A stretch of 63,498 bases of DNA, filler included, from Chiloscyllium plagiosum (taxonomy: Eukaryota): the NCBI RefSeq assembly GCF_004010195.1. It is 4 parts of one record of this genome, joined end to end, with 100 filler letters (N's around TTAATTAATTAA, not from the genome) between each part and the next. Parts side by side here need not be neighbours in the genome. Positions count along the whole stretch, not along the records: positions 32,634 to 53,887 come from NC_057710.1; 3 more parts are not named here. The stretch is one strand, 5' to 3'. The notes under the pieces are model-generated. The model was not told the DNA's origin, ran no database searches, and was given only the letters and a program-made list of their open reading frames with translations. The number at the start of each line of letters is the position of its first letter. The first letter of the stretch is position 1. The position numbers and the translations under genes were made by a program. This document shows, in pieces, positions 38,214-49,399 of the stretch.

Positions 38214-39149
38214 TCACACCCTCATGGCTTGCATGACTCAGATTTATAACAGTTACTTCAAATAAAACAAAAACTGTCGTGTACTCAAACAGCATAAAAG
38301 AAAACCAATACATTTTGGTCACTGGTTCCCAAAATGTCCTTTACAGCAAAATTTTCAATTAGCTCTTCTGATCACTCAACACCAATTCCTAAATAACCTG
38401 ATCTCGAGCTCAGTGCTCGACATAATGTTCATGTAAACCATCTCACACACAGTCATGAAATCCATTTTTCCCAGCATTATCATTCAATTGGGTTAACACA
38501 GTTTAGATATAATTTAAACAGTACATTATTACTGCAGTACCCACTAATGTGTATATCTCATTTCCTGTTTTATAACATGTCCAGCATTTGTATTGCAGCT
38601 TTCACTTTGATATATAACTCCCATCAATGTTTGCTCCTCCTTGCTGTTTTTGCGCTCCACTTTACTGGATTCTGTGGAATCTGAGCGACATGGGCTCTGG
38701 GGAGATTAATGGTAGAGATCATCTCGCCACATCATTTGTGATCTTCTCAAACTTTAATTTCTCCAGATCTCCCGTTATGCTAGTGGAGTAGAGAAGGACA
38801 ATGATCGTTCAGCAATGCTCTGTATTCCCCCAGAGAGCTGAGACAGCTCTAACCTGGGTGGGAACCTTACAGCAGGCTGGTAAAGTGTTGCTGCTGCTGA
38901 ACAGGGTCTTAGTTAGATAACATCTGGAGTAGTGTGTACAGATTTAATCTCTTCAATGAAGAAAGGATGTTGTTATATTGGAAGCAGCTCACAGATGGTT
39001 CCCTCAGCTGATCCTGCAATGAAGGTGCTAGCTTATAATGAAAGGATGATCAGGTTGACCCAGTAGCCATTGGAGTTTACATAAATTAAGGATGATCTTA
39101 TTTCAACATAGATGACAGAAGGAGTCAACAAGTGAAGCGAATTACACAG

Positions 39150-39875
39150 ATAGTGGAGAAATCCATTCCGTTCTCCAGCCTGTTACACAGGAACAACAAG
39201 AGGATATTCAGGCCTTGAACCTGTAACACCAAAACAGGACAAGGCTATTCAGCTCCTGGAACCTGTTATACATTTACAGAGGGAGGCCAATCATCCACTC
39301 GAGCCTATAACAGTAGGCCATGCTGCACCAGTATCCTGTTAAACAGCAACAGGATCAGTCCATTCAGCCTCCTCAAGTCTGTAACATAGGAGCTGAAAGC
39401 GGTTACACAGTGACTGGAGATTGTTACACTGAGATAACAGGAGGCCATTCAGATACACCGACCCTATTGCAAGGGAATTGGATAAGGATAAAAACTATCT
39501 GAGACTTCTTTCATGAGAAAGGAAGAGGTCATTTAGACACGTGTCTGTTATATGGGAACAAGAGAAGACCAATCTCCGGGATACATGAGGAGACCGTTCA
39601 GTATTTCCATCTGTTATGGAGAAGTATGAGAAGACCCATCAGCCCCTCAAAATGTTACACAGCAACAGGAAGATTCCATAATCTCCCAATCCTCTAAAGC
39701 GTCAACAGGAGGATGTCATTCTGGCCTTGGAGATGACAACGTGGGAACACCAGAAAGACGTCAGCTCATCGATTTTGTACATCAGCAGGATGATGAGTCC
39801 ATTCAGTGACACATGGCTCTTACACAGCAATTGGAGCAGATCTCTTAAAGTCTTGTGCCCATTAAACAGGAATTC
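39150..39875 (+). repeat. Degenerate tandem array with a unit of about 42 bp
   Basis: Recurrent cctgttacacaggaacaggaggaggccattcagcc-like units; roughly 15-17 decayed copies. Confidence 0.7.
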
Positions 39876-39879
39876 AAAG

Positions 39880-41490
39880 AAAATGTAAAGGTTTTCGAAA
39901 GAGAAGAACTTATAATAATGGTATACATTAGGGACTAAAGTGTAACAATAAACTATTGTAATTTAAGGCAAATTGTTAGAGTCCATTATTCAGGACATTT
40001 TCAAACTTAAACTACAATCCGTCAGAGTCAACGTGGTTTTACAAAGGTTAAATCGTGTTTGAATTGTTTGTTTGAGTTGTTTGAAGATGTCACAAACGAG
40101 GTGGATCGTGGGATTCTTGGAGATGGAACATATCTGGTCTTCCTGAAGGCATGGTATATGTCGCTTCTCTAAAAAGTAAGTGGTAAGAACAGACAACATG
40201 GGTTTAGGAGTAATTTATTAGCTTGGATGGAGGATTGGTTAACCAACAAAATGTAGTCAGATGGAATAAATGCAATTTGTGGGGTGCCATTGATTTCAGT
40301 ACTCATGCCTCAACCATTTGCGATCGATGGTATTACTGTACTCGGTTGACAGGATAGAAAATACGATGCCACATTTTCGGATGACACTTCTACTGGTGGG
40401 AAATTACTTCGGAATGATGATGCAAGAGATATTAAAACTATATAGATAGGTTGGGTGAATGGGCCAACATTTGGCAAGGAAAATTACAATGAATAAATAT
40501 GGGACTATTCAATTTGGCCAGTATTATAGAAAGACAACTTATTATCTAAATGGAGGGAAAGTTCAAAGTGCTTAGGTGCAGAGGTATCTGGGTGTCTGCT
40601 TGCATATCACAGAAAACCTGCATGCGGGTACTGCAAGTAATGAGAAATGCAAGCATAATTTCAGTGTTTATTTATAAAAGGATAGAGTAGAAAGGTAGGG
40701 AGTGTTGGTGCAGCTATGCAAGGCATAGTGAGGCTGCAACTGGAGTACAGTTTGGGTGTCCTGCAGAATGAGGTATTTCCATTGGAGGCAATTCAGAAGA
40801 GCTTCATTAGATTGATTCCATATTTGAAGTGTTTGTCTTATGAAGAGAAATTGAGCAGTTTAGGCCTATACTCTCGAGTTTATAAGAATGAAAGGAGATC
40901 TCATTGAGGTCTGTAAAATGCTAAAAGTAATTTAAAGTGGAGATGTGGAGTGGATTTTGTTTTCATGTGGCGCAATTGACAACAAGAGACTAGAGTTTTA
41001 GGATGGAGAGATGGCAGGAAAGTGGAACAGAGGCCGCGTTGACATCAGCCTCATCGAGGGTTTGGATTCCTCACAGATGCTCCTTGTTCTTATTCAACCC
41101 TTCGACTGTTGCACAGGAATGGGGGAGGACTGGGTATCATACAGGAAGCAGGCACTCAGGATAAATCAGCCTCAATCAGTTAGACAGAACGTAACCAGTA
41201 GGGTCACACAATGACCAGCGCTGGGTCCTCAACTACTTACAATCTATATTAATGATCAGGAGGATGGAACAGGTATACAGATGCTGAGTTTGGTGATGTC
41301 ACTGTGGTAAGCAAGAGATTAAATTATCAAGAGAGGGTGGAGAGTCTGCAAATAGATTCAGAGAAGTAAAGGCAATAGACAATTGTTTGGCAGGTGGAAT
41401 TTAACATGATATAACCTGTCATTTCATTTACAGGAATAATGGAAAGCAATATGTTACTGAAATGGAGAGGGATTACAGGATTTAGTAATA
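39880..41490 (+). mobile_element. Old CR1 fragments
   Basis: VRLQLEYS...LEAIQKSFIRLIP..KCLSYEEKLSSLGLYS. Confidence 0.7.
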
Positions 41491-41494
41491 CTGT

Positions 41495-42300
41495 GCACTG
41501 GGAGGTTCACTCAGATCCGTTCAGACATGGGAGGTTTTGCTCCATCACTGATCGTCTGCTCCGAGACACTGCTAGCGACCCTATTGCTCTCCGTACACAT
41601 GGAATACTTTGATGTGGTTGATTAGTGGTGGGGATGGTGTTTTGAAACGTCCATCAAGGGGACGGCCTTTATCTAAGATATATTCATTTCTTTCTACGTG
41701 GAGACCCGATGACGATGGGAATGGCTGACGGCTTCTGAACGAAGAGGCCGTGACTGCTGCCAGGACAGTGGGTATTCACCAACATGATGTACTGTGCATG
41801 GACACACTGTAACATTAATAGAGAGAGAACTCCTTCAGTTCCTCTACCTCTCTGCAATGACATGAGTTCTCCGCAGATGCCATGTACACCAACGGGAATC
41901 TTACTATACTGGATACACCCGGCAGCTCCCTGCTGTGGGAGAAACAATGTAATACCTCATCCACCATATATCCTCCATCACCGACTGGTGACATTGATGT
42001 TGAGATACTGGGAAATGATGGATATGTCACCTAGTCCTGCCTGGAAAGTTCTGGATCATAAAAGCTGAATGAAACTGTGACCCTAACAGCCACTGGCAGC
42101 ACCATCCTCCCCTTGGTGTGAAGCTGTAGGTCGTGTTGAAGGAGGTGTCACCGCTCTGTGAACAGCTCCTTGTGCAATCAGTGTCCCTCACACTCTGCTC
42201 CTGGGTTAAGTGAAGCTTGGGAAGCTGTTCCTGGAAAACCTGAGGTGGATACAGCAGATCCCTTTCCACACGCACTCACTGTGTGGTTTCAAGCTTCCCC
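41495..42300 (-). mobile_element. PIF/Harbinger (HARBI1-like) transposase relic
   Basis: Frameshifted peptides YPPQVFQEQ, LLQHDLQLHTKGRMVLPVAVRVTVSFSFY, QAGLGDISIISQ, MLVNTHCPGSSHGLF, LDKG-PL and EQTIS follow the motif order of Harbinger DDE transposases (...PGSSHD...GDKGYPL...ERTIG). Confidence 0.75.
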
Positions 42301-44355
42301 TATCTGCAGCCTCTGCTCCATTTTGTGTTCATGTTACAGACCCAGATGCGGTAACTACAGTCCCCATGCTCCATCCCGAGTTGGGTCACCAAATCCTCAG
42401 GTCTCCCTGAATGTCTGAGGCAGCTCACAGCACATCCTCCAGCAAACCATCCCCAGCCCCTCCTCTAAATTTTCAGTTACAGGAGTCAGTCACAAACCCC
42501 TCGGCTACAAGTGCTGTGGACCAGTCCATATCCCACCAAAATGTTTTAATAAGGCCGTTTAGATACAAACCTCTACTTATTTTGAATATAGATGGGAAGT
42601 GTGCGTTCCAGATATGTTGTGACTGGTCAAACCATTCGACATCAAGCAAAATATAATCTATTAAAATGCTTTACAATACAATCAAAGAAAAGAACACTTT
42701 GGGATAGCTTATATGTTGAAACACTTACACAAATAACAAATACCGTTCCTTCTTGGTTTACACCACTTGATACAAAGATATATTCAAATACAGATCCTTA
42801 CAGCAGTTTTCCAATCCAGGAGAAAACAACGTCAACAGAGATCTCAGAGAGAAAAGCAGCGGGGGATCATATATTGAAACTTCCAACCCGTCTGGGATGC
42901 CCAACAGCTTCTGAATGCTGCAGCTAAAAACAAAACGAGAAAACCTGGTCTGGGAGAGCTGGCCTCTGCCCTTCCATTGTTACCACCGTTTTAATGAAAC
43001 CTAAAGGATTTCTCAGTTATTTACTTAAACTGTTTTCAGACAGCAGTTCTGCACCTCTGCCTTTAAAACCTCTCTTCAAAAAAAAAACCCAAGAGAAAAT
43101 AACCTTTTTACAGTGTTAGTATCCTCACGACTCCACCTTTAATAAAATAATCCATCAATATACAACAGTGGATTCATTTTAGACCTCCTAGTCTTCCTCT
43201 GTTAGAAGTTTGCAATATATATATATATATATATATATTACATAGACTCTGAGCATACAATTGTTCGCAACTAGTTTCAATTTCAGTCATTTTACTCCTG
43301 CCGCAGAATGCCTTTGATTTTCTTCATCCAAGTCTCCACAACATGTCAAAACTTAGGTTTTCTCGCCCTGTCACCTGTATGATTTCAAGTTGACTGGCAG
43401 AAATAATAAGCTCAATAAAAACAGACTGGTATTTCTCTCCCTAAACTTCTTCAAAAACTTTAAGGGGTCACGATCAGTGAAAAAGATTTGGCTCATGTAT
43501 GTTATTCACATTTAAATGCTGAAATGTTGTAACGCTAACGCCAAGCTCACGGCCTCCTTCCCCGTTGTGGAATAAATCTGTTGATGTTTCCACTGGACAC
43601 TCCAACCACACGTTACATAATGGAGCACTTCTCATGTCTCCAATAGTCCTTCTCAATGACATACCTCCTCATGTATCAGCATAAAAGAATTACATACTTC
43701 CGTACCTCTTAATGCCGTAACCCCTTTACCTGCTACTCCTGGCCTATGCCAGTAAACCTTACTCTCACAAGTAAATGTTTTAAGAAGATCTCGCACATTC
43801 TCCTCAATCTCTCACAGAAACCAAACTTTGATTTCTGAACTCAATCATCATCATCAGCCATTTCAGCTTCTAACCTTGCCGTTGTAACTCTCTGCTCTTC
43901 CACACGAGTTCGCACAACTGCAGGAAGTGAATTGTTGAACTTCTCCAAAATAAGAATCTCTCTAACAGTGTCATAGTTTTGCTCTGTTTTTAATACCCTT
44001 ACGCACATTTCAAAATTATTTTGTTTTATCCTTTCAAACTCAATGTACGTTTAACCAGGGACCCTTTTTTAGATTCCTGAAACACTGTCTGTCAGCTTCT
44101 GGCACAACCTCATTTACACTTCAGATGGCTTTCTTCACCACCTCATACTGGCCAGATACCTCCTCCAATAGGGATGCAAATACCTATCAGCTTTGTTTGG
44201 ATCAACTAAATCCACATGGTCACTGAGCACTGCATTTGTTTAGCCACTTTCTCAAATGAAATTCAAAAGGCTTCCACTTCCTTCTCATCAAATTTAGATA
44301 ATGCCTGGGTGTATTTAAAAAGAACCCCATTAGGCCATTGGCTACTAAAAGGTTG

Positions 44356-44486
44356 GAGGAGAAAGTGAGGTCTGCAAATGCTGGAGATCAGAGCTGAAAA
44401 TGTGTTGCTGGAAAAGCGCAGCAGGTCAGGCAGCATCCAGGGAACAGGAGAATCGACGTTTCGGGCATAAGCCCTTCTTCAGGAAT
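44356..44486 (-). mobile_element. Short family-1 Penelope-derived insert inside the Gypsy gag
   Basis: Near-identical to 3467-3592. Confidence 0.85.
44450..44486 (-). ncRNA. Minimal type-I hammerhead ribozyme motif (family 1, intact core)
   Basis: Minus strand reads attc-CTGAAGA-a-GGGC-ttat-GCCC-GAAAC-GTC-gattc: CUGANGA box, stem II hairpin, GAAA box, GUC triplet and a loop-less palindromic (ACGT) stem III. Confidence 0.75.
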
Positions 44487-45034
44487 GTTGTTCAACCTCA
44501 CTATCCTCCTCATCCAGCCTACCATCTACCTCCATCTCCACCTTCTATGTCAACGTTCCTCTCTAATTGCTAACTTTTGAAGTTGGAACTCTCTGCTTTT
44601 TTCTCTCCTTTTCTCTCTTTCTTCTTCACTTCCTTTTCTTTAATTTCTGCTTTTCATCATAATTCAAACTGTTTCAATTCCTTCTCATGTTCAAAGTGCC
44701 TCATTTGAAATTGAATTCTAGCCATTTCCAAAGAGTCTGATGGCGTTTCCACCAAATGTAATTGCCGACCTATAGCTGTAATTGTCTCTCATTTTCTCAC
44801 AGACAATCGCAACCCCAACTCCAGCTTGTCTGCCAATTCCTACAGCTTTGCCTTCATTATCTTTTGTAAAACCCCCAACTTTACTTCTCCCACACCCAGA
44901 GAACTCTTATGACTGAAAGAATCTTTATACACAAAACACTGTTTAAAACAACCGAATTCAACATCCGGAACAAAAGACACTAACAACTACCATATGCGAC
45001 CTTTGAACCCAATAGCCTCCTGGTGCATACTCTT

Positions 45035-45282
45035 CAGTGTCTGCATGAGCTTATTCTGGATTCTCTGGTTTCCTCCCACAACCCAAAGATGTGCATGTCA
45101 AGTGAATTGGCCATGCTAAATTGGTCATAGCTTTCAGGGATGTGTGGGTTAGGTGCCTTAGACGGGGTAAATGTGTAATAATAGGGTAGAGGAATGGGTC
45201 TGGGTAGGTTACTCCTCGGAGGGTCGGTGTGGACTTGTTGGGTCGAATGGCCTGTTTGCATACTGTAGGGATTGTAATTCTA
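45035..45282 (+). mobile_element. HE1 SINE (5'-truncated) inside the Gypsy leader
   Basis: ggtttcctcccacaacccaaagatgtgc...gtgaattggccatgctaaattg...gcctgtttgcatactgtagggatt. Confidence 0.8.
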
Positions 45283-46898
45283 AACCCAATTTGGTATTAT
45301 CGATTTAGAACTAGACAAGAGTCCCCAGTTTGCTATAGACCAACCAGACTGCCTCAAACTATTTTAAGAGGGTAGCTTGGATGCCAAACGTTGCTTATTT
45401 TAAAGGTAGATGTGAAGTGGGAGTTCCAGTTATGATGCTATTAGTCAAACCACTCACCATTAAGCAAAACACAACATACTTAAGCATTCTAATGAAAATC
45501 CATATAAAATGAAGAGGAATTTAGAATAATTTAACTATTGGAAATCTTAACCAAATAATGGATACAGTACCTTCTACAAATGAACTGTTCCAATATACCA
45601 ACATCCCATAAACACACCCGTTGGCAAAATGGAACATTCAGACATACATTCTTGCATACAGTTCTCCAATTCAGGAGGAAACAGCATCAAGCCAGGTTTC
45701 AGAGAGAGTAGCAGCTAGGGATAAGTTACTAGGCCATTGTTAGTACTATTTATGAAAAACCCTAAAAGCGTTGTAAGCTATGTACTTGAGCCGTTTTCAG
45801 TCGGCAGTTTGGCCATTAAGATCTCTTATTTTCAAAAAAATAGAAAATAATCTTTTTTTTTAAGTTACAGCATTGTCACACACTTTAGATGCCTGGTCCT
45901 TTACTTAAGGGGCTTCCTCGATTGCAAGATCACCTGAGAGGGACAAATACAGGTACTGACCAAGTTACAAGGATGTGTCTCATAACTTCTGAAACACCCC
46001 TGTACATGGACCATCACATGGGACATACCGGGAAGTGAACAACAGCCTGACACACACCATTTAACTGTTTCTGAGCTTCACAATGCCAGCAGTCGATACA
46101 CTAGGGAGTCAAAAGCAAAGGGCAGGGAAAGATACAGAGGGACAGAGACATTCACATTAAAGACAGAAACAGACAGTTAATTAACTGAAAAGATGGTGTG
46201 GAAATATGGGGAAAAAGACAGGGCAGTGGGACTAACTGGAGAAATGAGATCTTCAAGAGTAAAATTACAAGAATGAGAACATTGAATAAAGGCATTGTCA
46301 GATCAGCTGAAATGGTTTGTTACATCAAATTCTGAATCTGATTGACAGAACACCACAAGCAACATAAACTGGGAAAAGATGATAGCCCAAGCATGGAGAG
46401 CTGTGCAGAGCAGGTTAATGTGTTGCTCAGTAAACTGCACTATCTGCCCAGCATGGAGAGTATTGCAAACTTTACTATCATATGTTAACGATACTCGCAT
46501 CAGATTACTACAATGTCTACAATGGGAAGATTTGCTGTGTGTGTGTGTTCATCAAAGACTGAGAGAGAGAATGTGTGTGTGTGCGCGATTGGCGTGGTTG
46601 AATGTGAAACTCATTGTTTGAGAATGAACTCACATGGAGGAAACTATTTTAAATAAGAACAGCTGGCAGGCTTTTTGTTAATCGGCAGAGACAACGAGAG
46701 AAGTTTCATGGACAGATGAGATAAAGTGTTTGAGAATATCAAAATAAAGGCATTGCCAGACACAACAGCAATATACATCGGCGTACACATGAATGACAGA
46801 TGGATGGGAGTTTGGTGTGAGGTCGAATCAGATTTGCTTCGGCAGGTGTGAAGCCGGGAGTGTCAGCAGCAGATTATTGGCTTCATTAAGATTGTGAG

Positions 46899-47118
46899 TA
46901 GAAAGTGAGGTCTACAGATGCTAGAGATCAGAGCTGAAAATGTGTTGCTGGAAAAGCGCAGCAGGTCAGGCAGCATCCAGGGAACAGGAGAATCGACGTT
47001 TCGGGCATAAGCCCTTCTTCAGGAATCCTGAAGAAGGGCTTATGCCCAAAACATCGATTCTCCTGTTCCCTGGATGCTGCCTGACCTGCTGCGCTTTTCC
47101 AGCAACACATTTTCAGCT
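46899..47118. mobile_element. Palindromic family-1 Penelope-derived insert with 15-bp TSD
   Basis: 93-bp inverted arms (46932-47024 and 47026-47118) with 2 mismatches. cttcattaaga(t/c)tgt at 46881-46895 and 47117-47131. Confidence 0.92.
46990..47026 (-). ncRNA. Minimal hammerhead ribozyme motif (family 1, intact core) in the left arm of a palindrome
   Basis: Minus strand attcCTGAAGAaGGGCttatGCCCGAAACGTCgattc. The mirror copy on + (about 47022-47060) carries two CpG-type changes (cccaaaacatc). Confidence 0.75.
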
Positions 47119-48049
47119 TCATTAAGACTGTACTTCATAGCTCAAGGTTCAAACAGCAGATGGAATAAACCAGTGAGATATATTCTGGAATGTTGAGTAT
47201 TTCAAGTTAGAAATGGTCAGGGAATGGTGTCATGAATCACCTCATGGTCAAAGGGATCTCCCTTAATTGTGACTTGTCTGCTTCAGTCGCAGATATTTGC
47301 TAGAGATGAGATGGAAACAGAGAAAGGAAATGGATTTTGTAACCAGAACAGTAGAGAGTGACCTCCATGATGTTAATATTTAAATAACAAAGGCAATGAT
47401 ACAATGAATTGTAGTTCTCCGCTGAAACTGAGTAGGTCAACATAGAGACCAGTGAGTAACAATGTCAGAGCAGAGAGCGAGACAATAATTGAACACGTTC
47501 ATTGATGTAGTTAATAGTGGTCTGTAGAGTGAATATCTGGATTGAGAGATTCAACAGGAAAATAATAGTGACAAGAAGTGGAAACTATATAAACGAACAG
47601 CAATACAGTCATAACCGGTTTATCGAAAAAAAATCTGGACAATGACACTTACCAGGGACACCAACGATAGCCAGGAAAGGATAATAAAAATATTGAATAA
47701 TGAGGAAAGCGTAATAAATCCGTGATGATAATGGCCACCAATAAAATGCAGAAAGATACCAAACATAATCGGATAAGCTCCTGTCTATTGTTGGAATATT
47801 CCAGTCTAATGTTCCCAGATTTTGATGCATGTTTGGAACATTCCAGTCTAATGTTCTCAGATTCTAATCTCTCCCCCCCCCCTCTCTCTGGATCTGCTGA
47901 TCCCTGTCAGTGCTGTCGGTGATGCTCCTGCTCATGTTGTGGGATAGCACATTGAACGGAGCCCATTTATCATTAAAAGATGGAAACCCTCCAATTGGAT
48001 AATTAGAATCCATGGAGATTGGCATTAATCACAGTCACTGAACAAACAC

Positions 48050-48316
48050 TGGGAAACTGAGCAAAGGCTACGACAGCGGATGAATGGACACCGCACAACA
48101 ACCAACAGACATTATCCCTCCCAGTTGGGGAACACTTCAGTGGTCCAGGACATTCAACCTCCGACCTGCTGGTGACCATCCTTCAAGGCAGACTTCAGGA
48201 CAGACAGCAGCGAAAAGTGGCCGAGCAGAGGCTGATAATTAATTTCAGTACTCATAGGGAGGGCCTCAACCGGGACCTTAGGTTCATTTCACATTATAGG
48301 TGACCACCATTGCACT

Positions 48317-48347
<31 letters not shown>

Positions 48348-48855
48348 GGCACTCCTATACACACACATACATACGGACACACATGTACACAGACGTGCAC
48401 ACAGACACACACACACCCTTACAGACACCACACTCACACAGGCATCCGCTCAGAGACGTAGACCACTCTACACTCATGCACACACATATACACTCTCTCT
48501 CACTGATACTCAAAAACAAAACCATCCCAGACACGCACACACACTCCCACACTCACATATGCACCCTCTCACATCACTATATCACTCTACATCACTATAC
48601 ACACATATACACTCCCTCTCACACTCACAACCCCCAAACCAGACAAGCACACATATATTTTGTGGGGTGAATTTGTACTTGCAGAGTTACACTGTACTTT
48701 CCTCAAAAACTGCATGAATTCATGTAAACCTCTGAGCTCAAGAACTGCATGAATTCATGTAAAACTCTGTATCTCACTTTTCAATTAGAATCAATCTAAA
48801 CATCATGGTATAGACATAGAACACAGGGGGCTAACACCTTCAACATATTGCAGCT
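48050..48855 (+). mobile_element. Penelope-like GIY-YIG C-terminus plus CA-rich 3' UTR (second PLE family)
   Basis: ETEQRLRQRMNGHRTT...LPVGEHFSGPGHSTSDLLVTILQG...RKVAEQRLI...GLNRDLRFISHYR* (stop at about 48303), followed by a CA-rich tract at about 48315-48655. Confidence 0.85.
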
Positions 48856-49224
48856 GTATGAGGTGTTACTGAGAGGGTACCTGGAGTACATTGTGTTGTT
48901 TGTGTTTCTGTAACTGAGAAGGGACGGAAATCCATCAGGCACGGTTTAACGGCTGCTCATAATCTATGGGTTGCTGTGTCATTTAATGTCGCAGGTCTGT
49001 TACACAAGAACAGGAGGAGGCCATTCAGCCTTTTTAGTCTATTACACAGGGCCACAAGGAGCCCATTCAGCCTCTTGAGCCTGTTACAGAGGAGCAGGAA
49101 GTGTTTATTTAACTTCCAAGTCTGTTACGCATAAATATTAGTTTTAAATTAGTTTTCGAATAGTAAAGACCTGATGTAAACATTAAAGTTCTAACTTTGA
49201 CTAAGGCCAATTTTGAAAGTGTTA

Positions 49225-49392
49225 GGTAAAAACCCATCACAGCTACCTGGATTACACCTCTTCCCAACCTAACTCCTGCAAAAATGTCATGCCGTAGTCC
49301 TAATTCCTCCGCCTCTGCCGTATCTGCTCCCAGGAGGACCAGTTCCACCACAGAACTCACCAGATGGCCCCCTCCTTTAGAGACCACAATTT
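49225..49392 (+). mobile_element. Penelope internal fragment between CR1 pieces
   Basis: HSYLDYTSSQPNSCKNVMP-S-FLRLCRICSQEDQFHHRT. Confidence 0.75.
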
Positions 49393-49399
49393 ACCTATA

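Larger units (their letters stand above)
42512..45880 (-). mobile_element. Gypsy (Gmr1-like) LTR retrotransposon, gag-only and degenerate
   Basis: Related direct repeats at about 42512-43129 and 45331-45880. PBS-like tggggactc on - at about 45318-45328 and purine-rich tract on - at about 43130-43142. Gag remnants FDEKEVEAF, VPEADRQCFRNL, YDTVREILILEKFNNSLPAVVRTRVEEQRVTTARLEAEMADD. Confidence 0.78.

Noticed and set aside
44450..44486. Viroid or viral origin of the hammerhead motifs
   Set aside because: The same motif is physically joined to Penelope coding sequence (37527-38213, 18700-19237) and related copies are flanked by TSDs, so a retroelement origin is sufficient.
46928..47125. Mirror-image ORFs MCCWKSAAGQAAS on both strands
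   Set aside because: A by-product of the palindromic repeat; there is no coding evidence.
47791..47863. Two-copy 31-bp repeat with 42-bp period as a member of the 42-bp satellite
   Set aside because: The sequence is unrelated to the satellite unit; it is a simple local duplication.
48310..48717. His/Thr-rich ORFs
   Set aside because: Translation of CA-rich low-complexity sequence in a Penelope 3' UTR.
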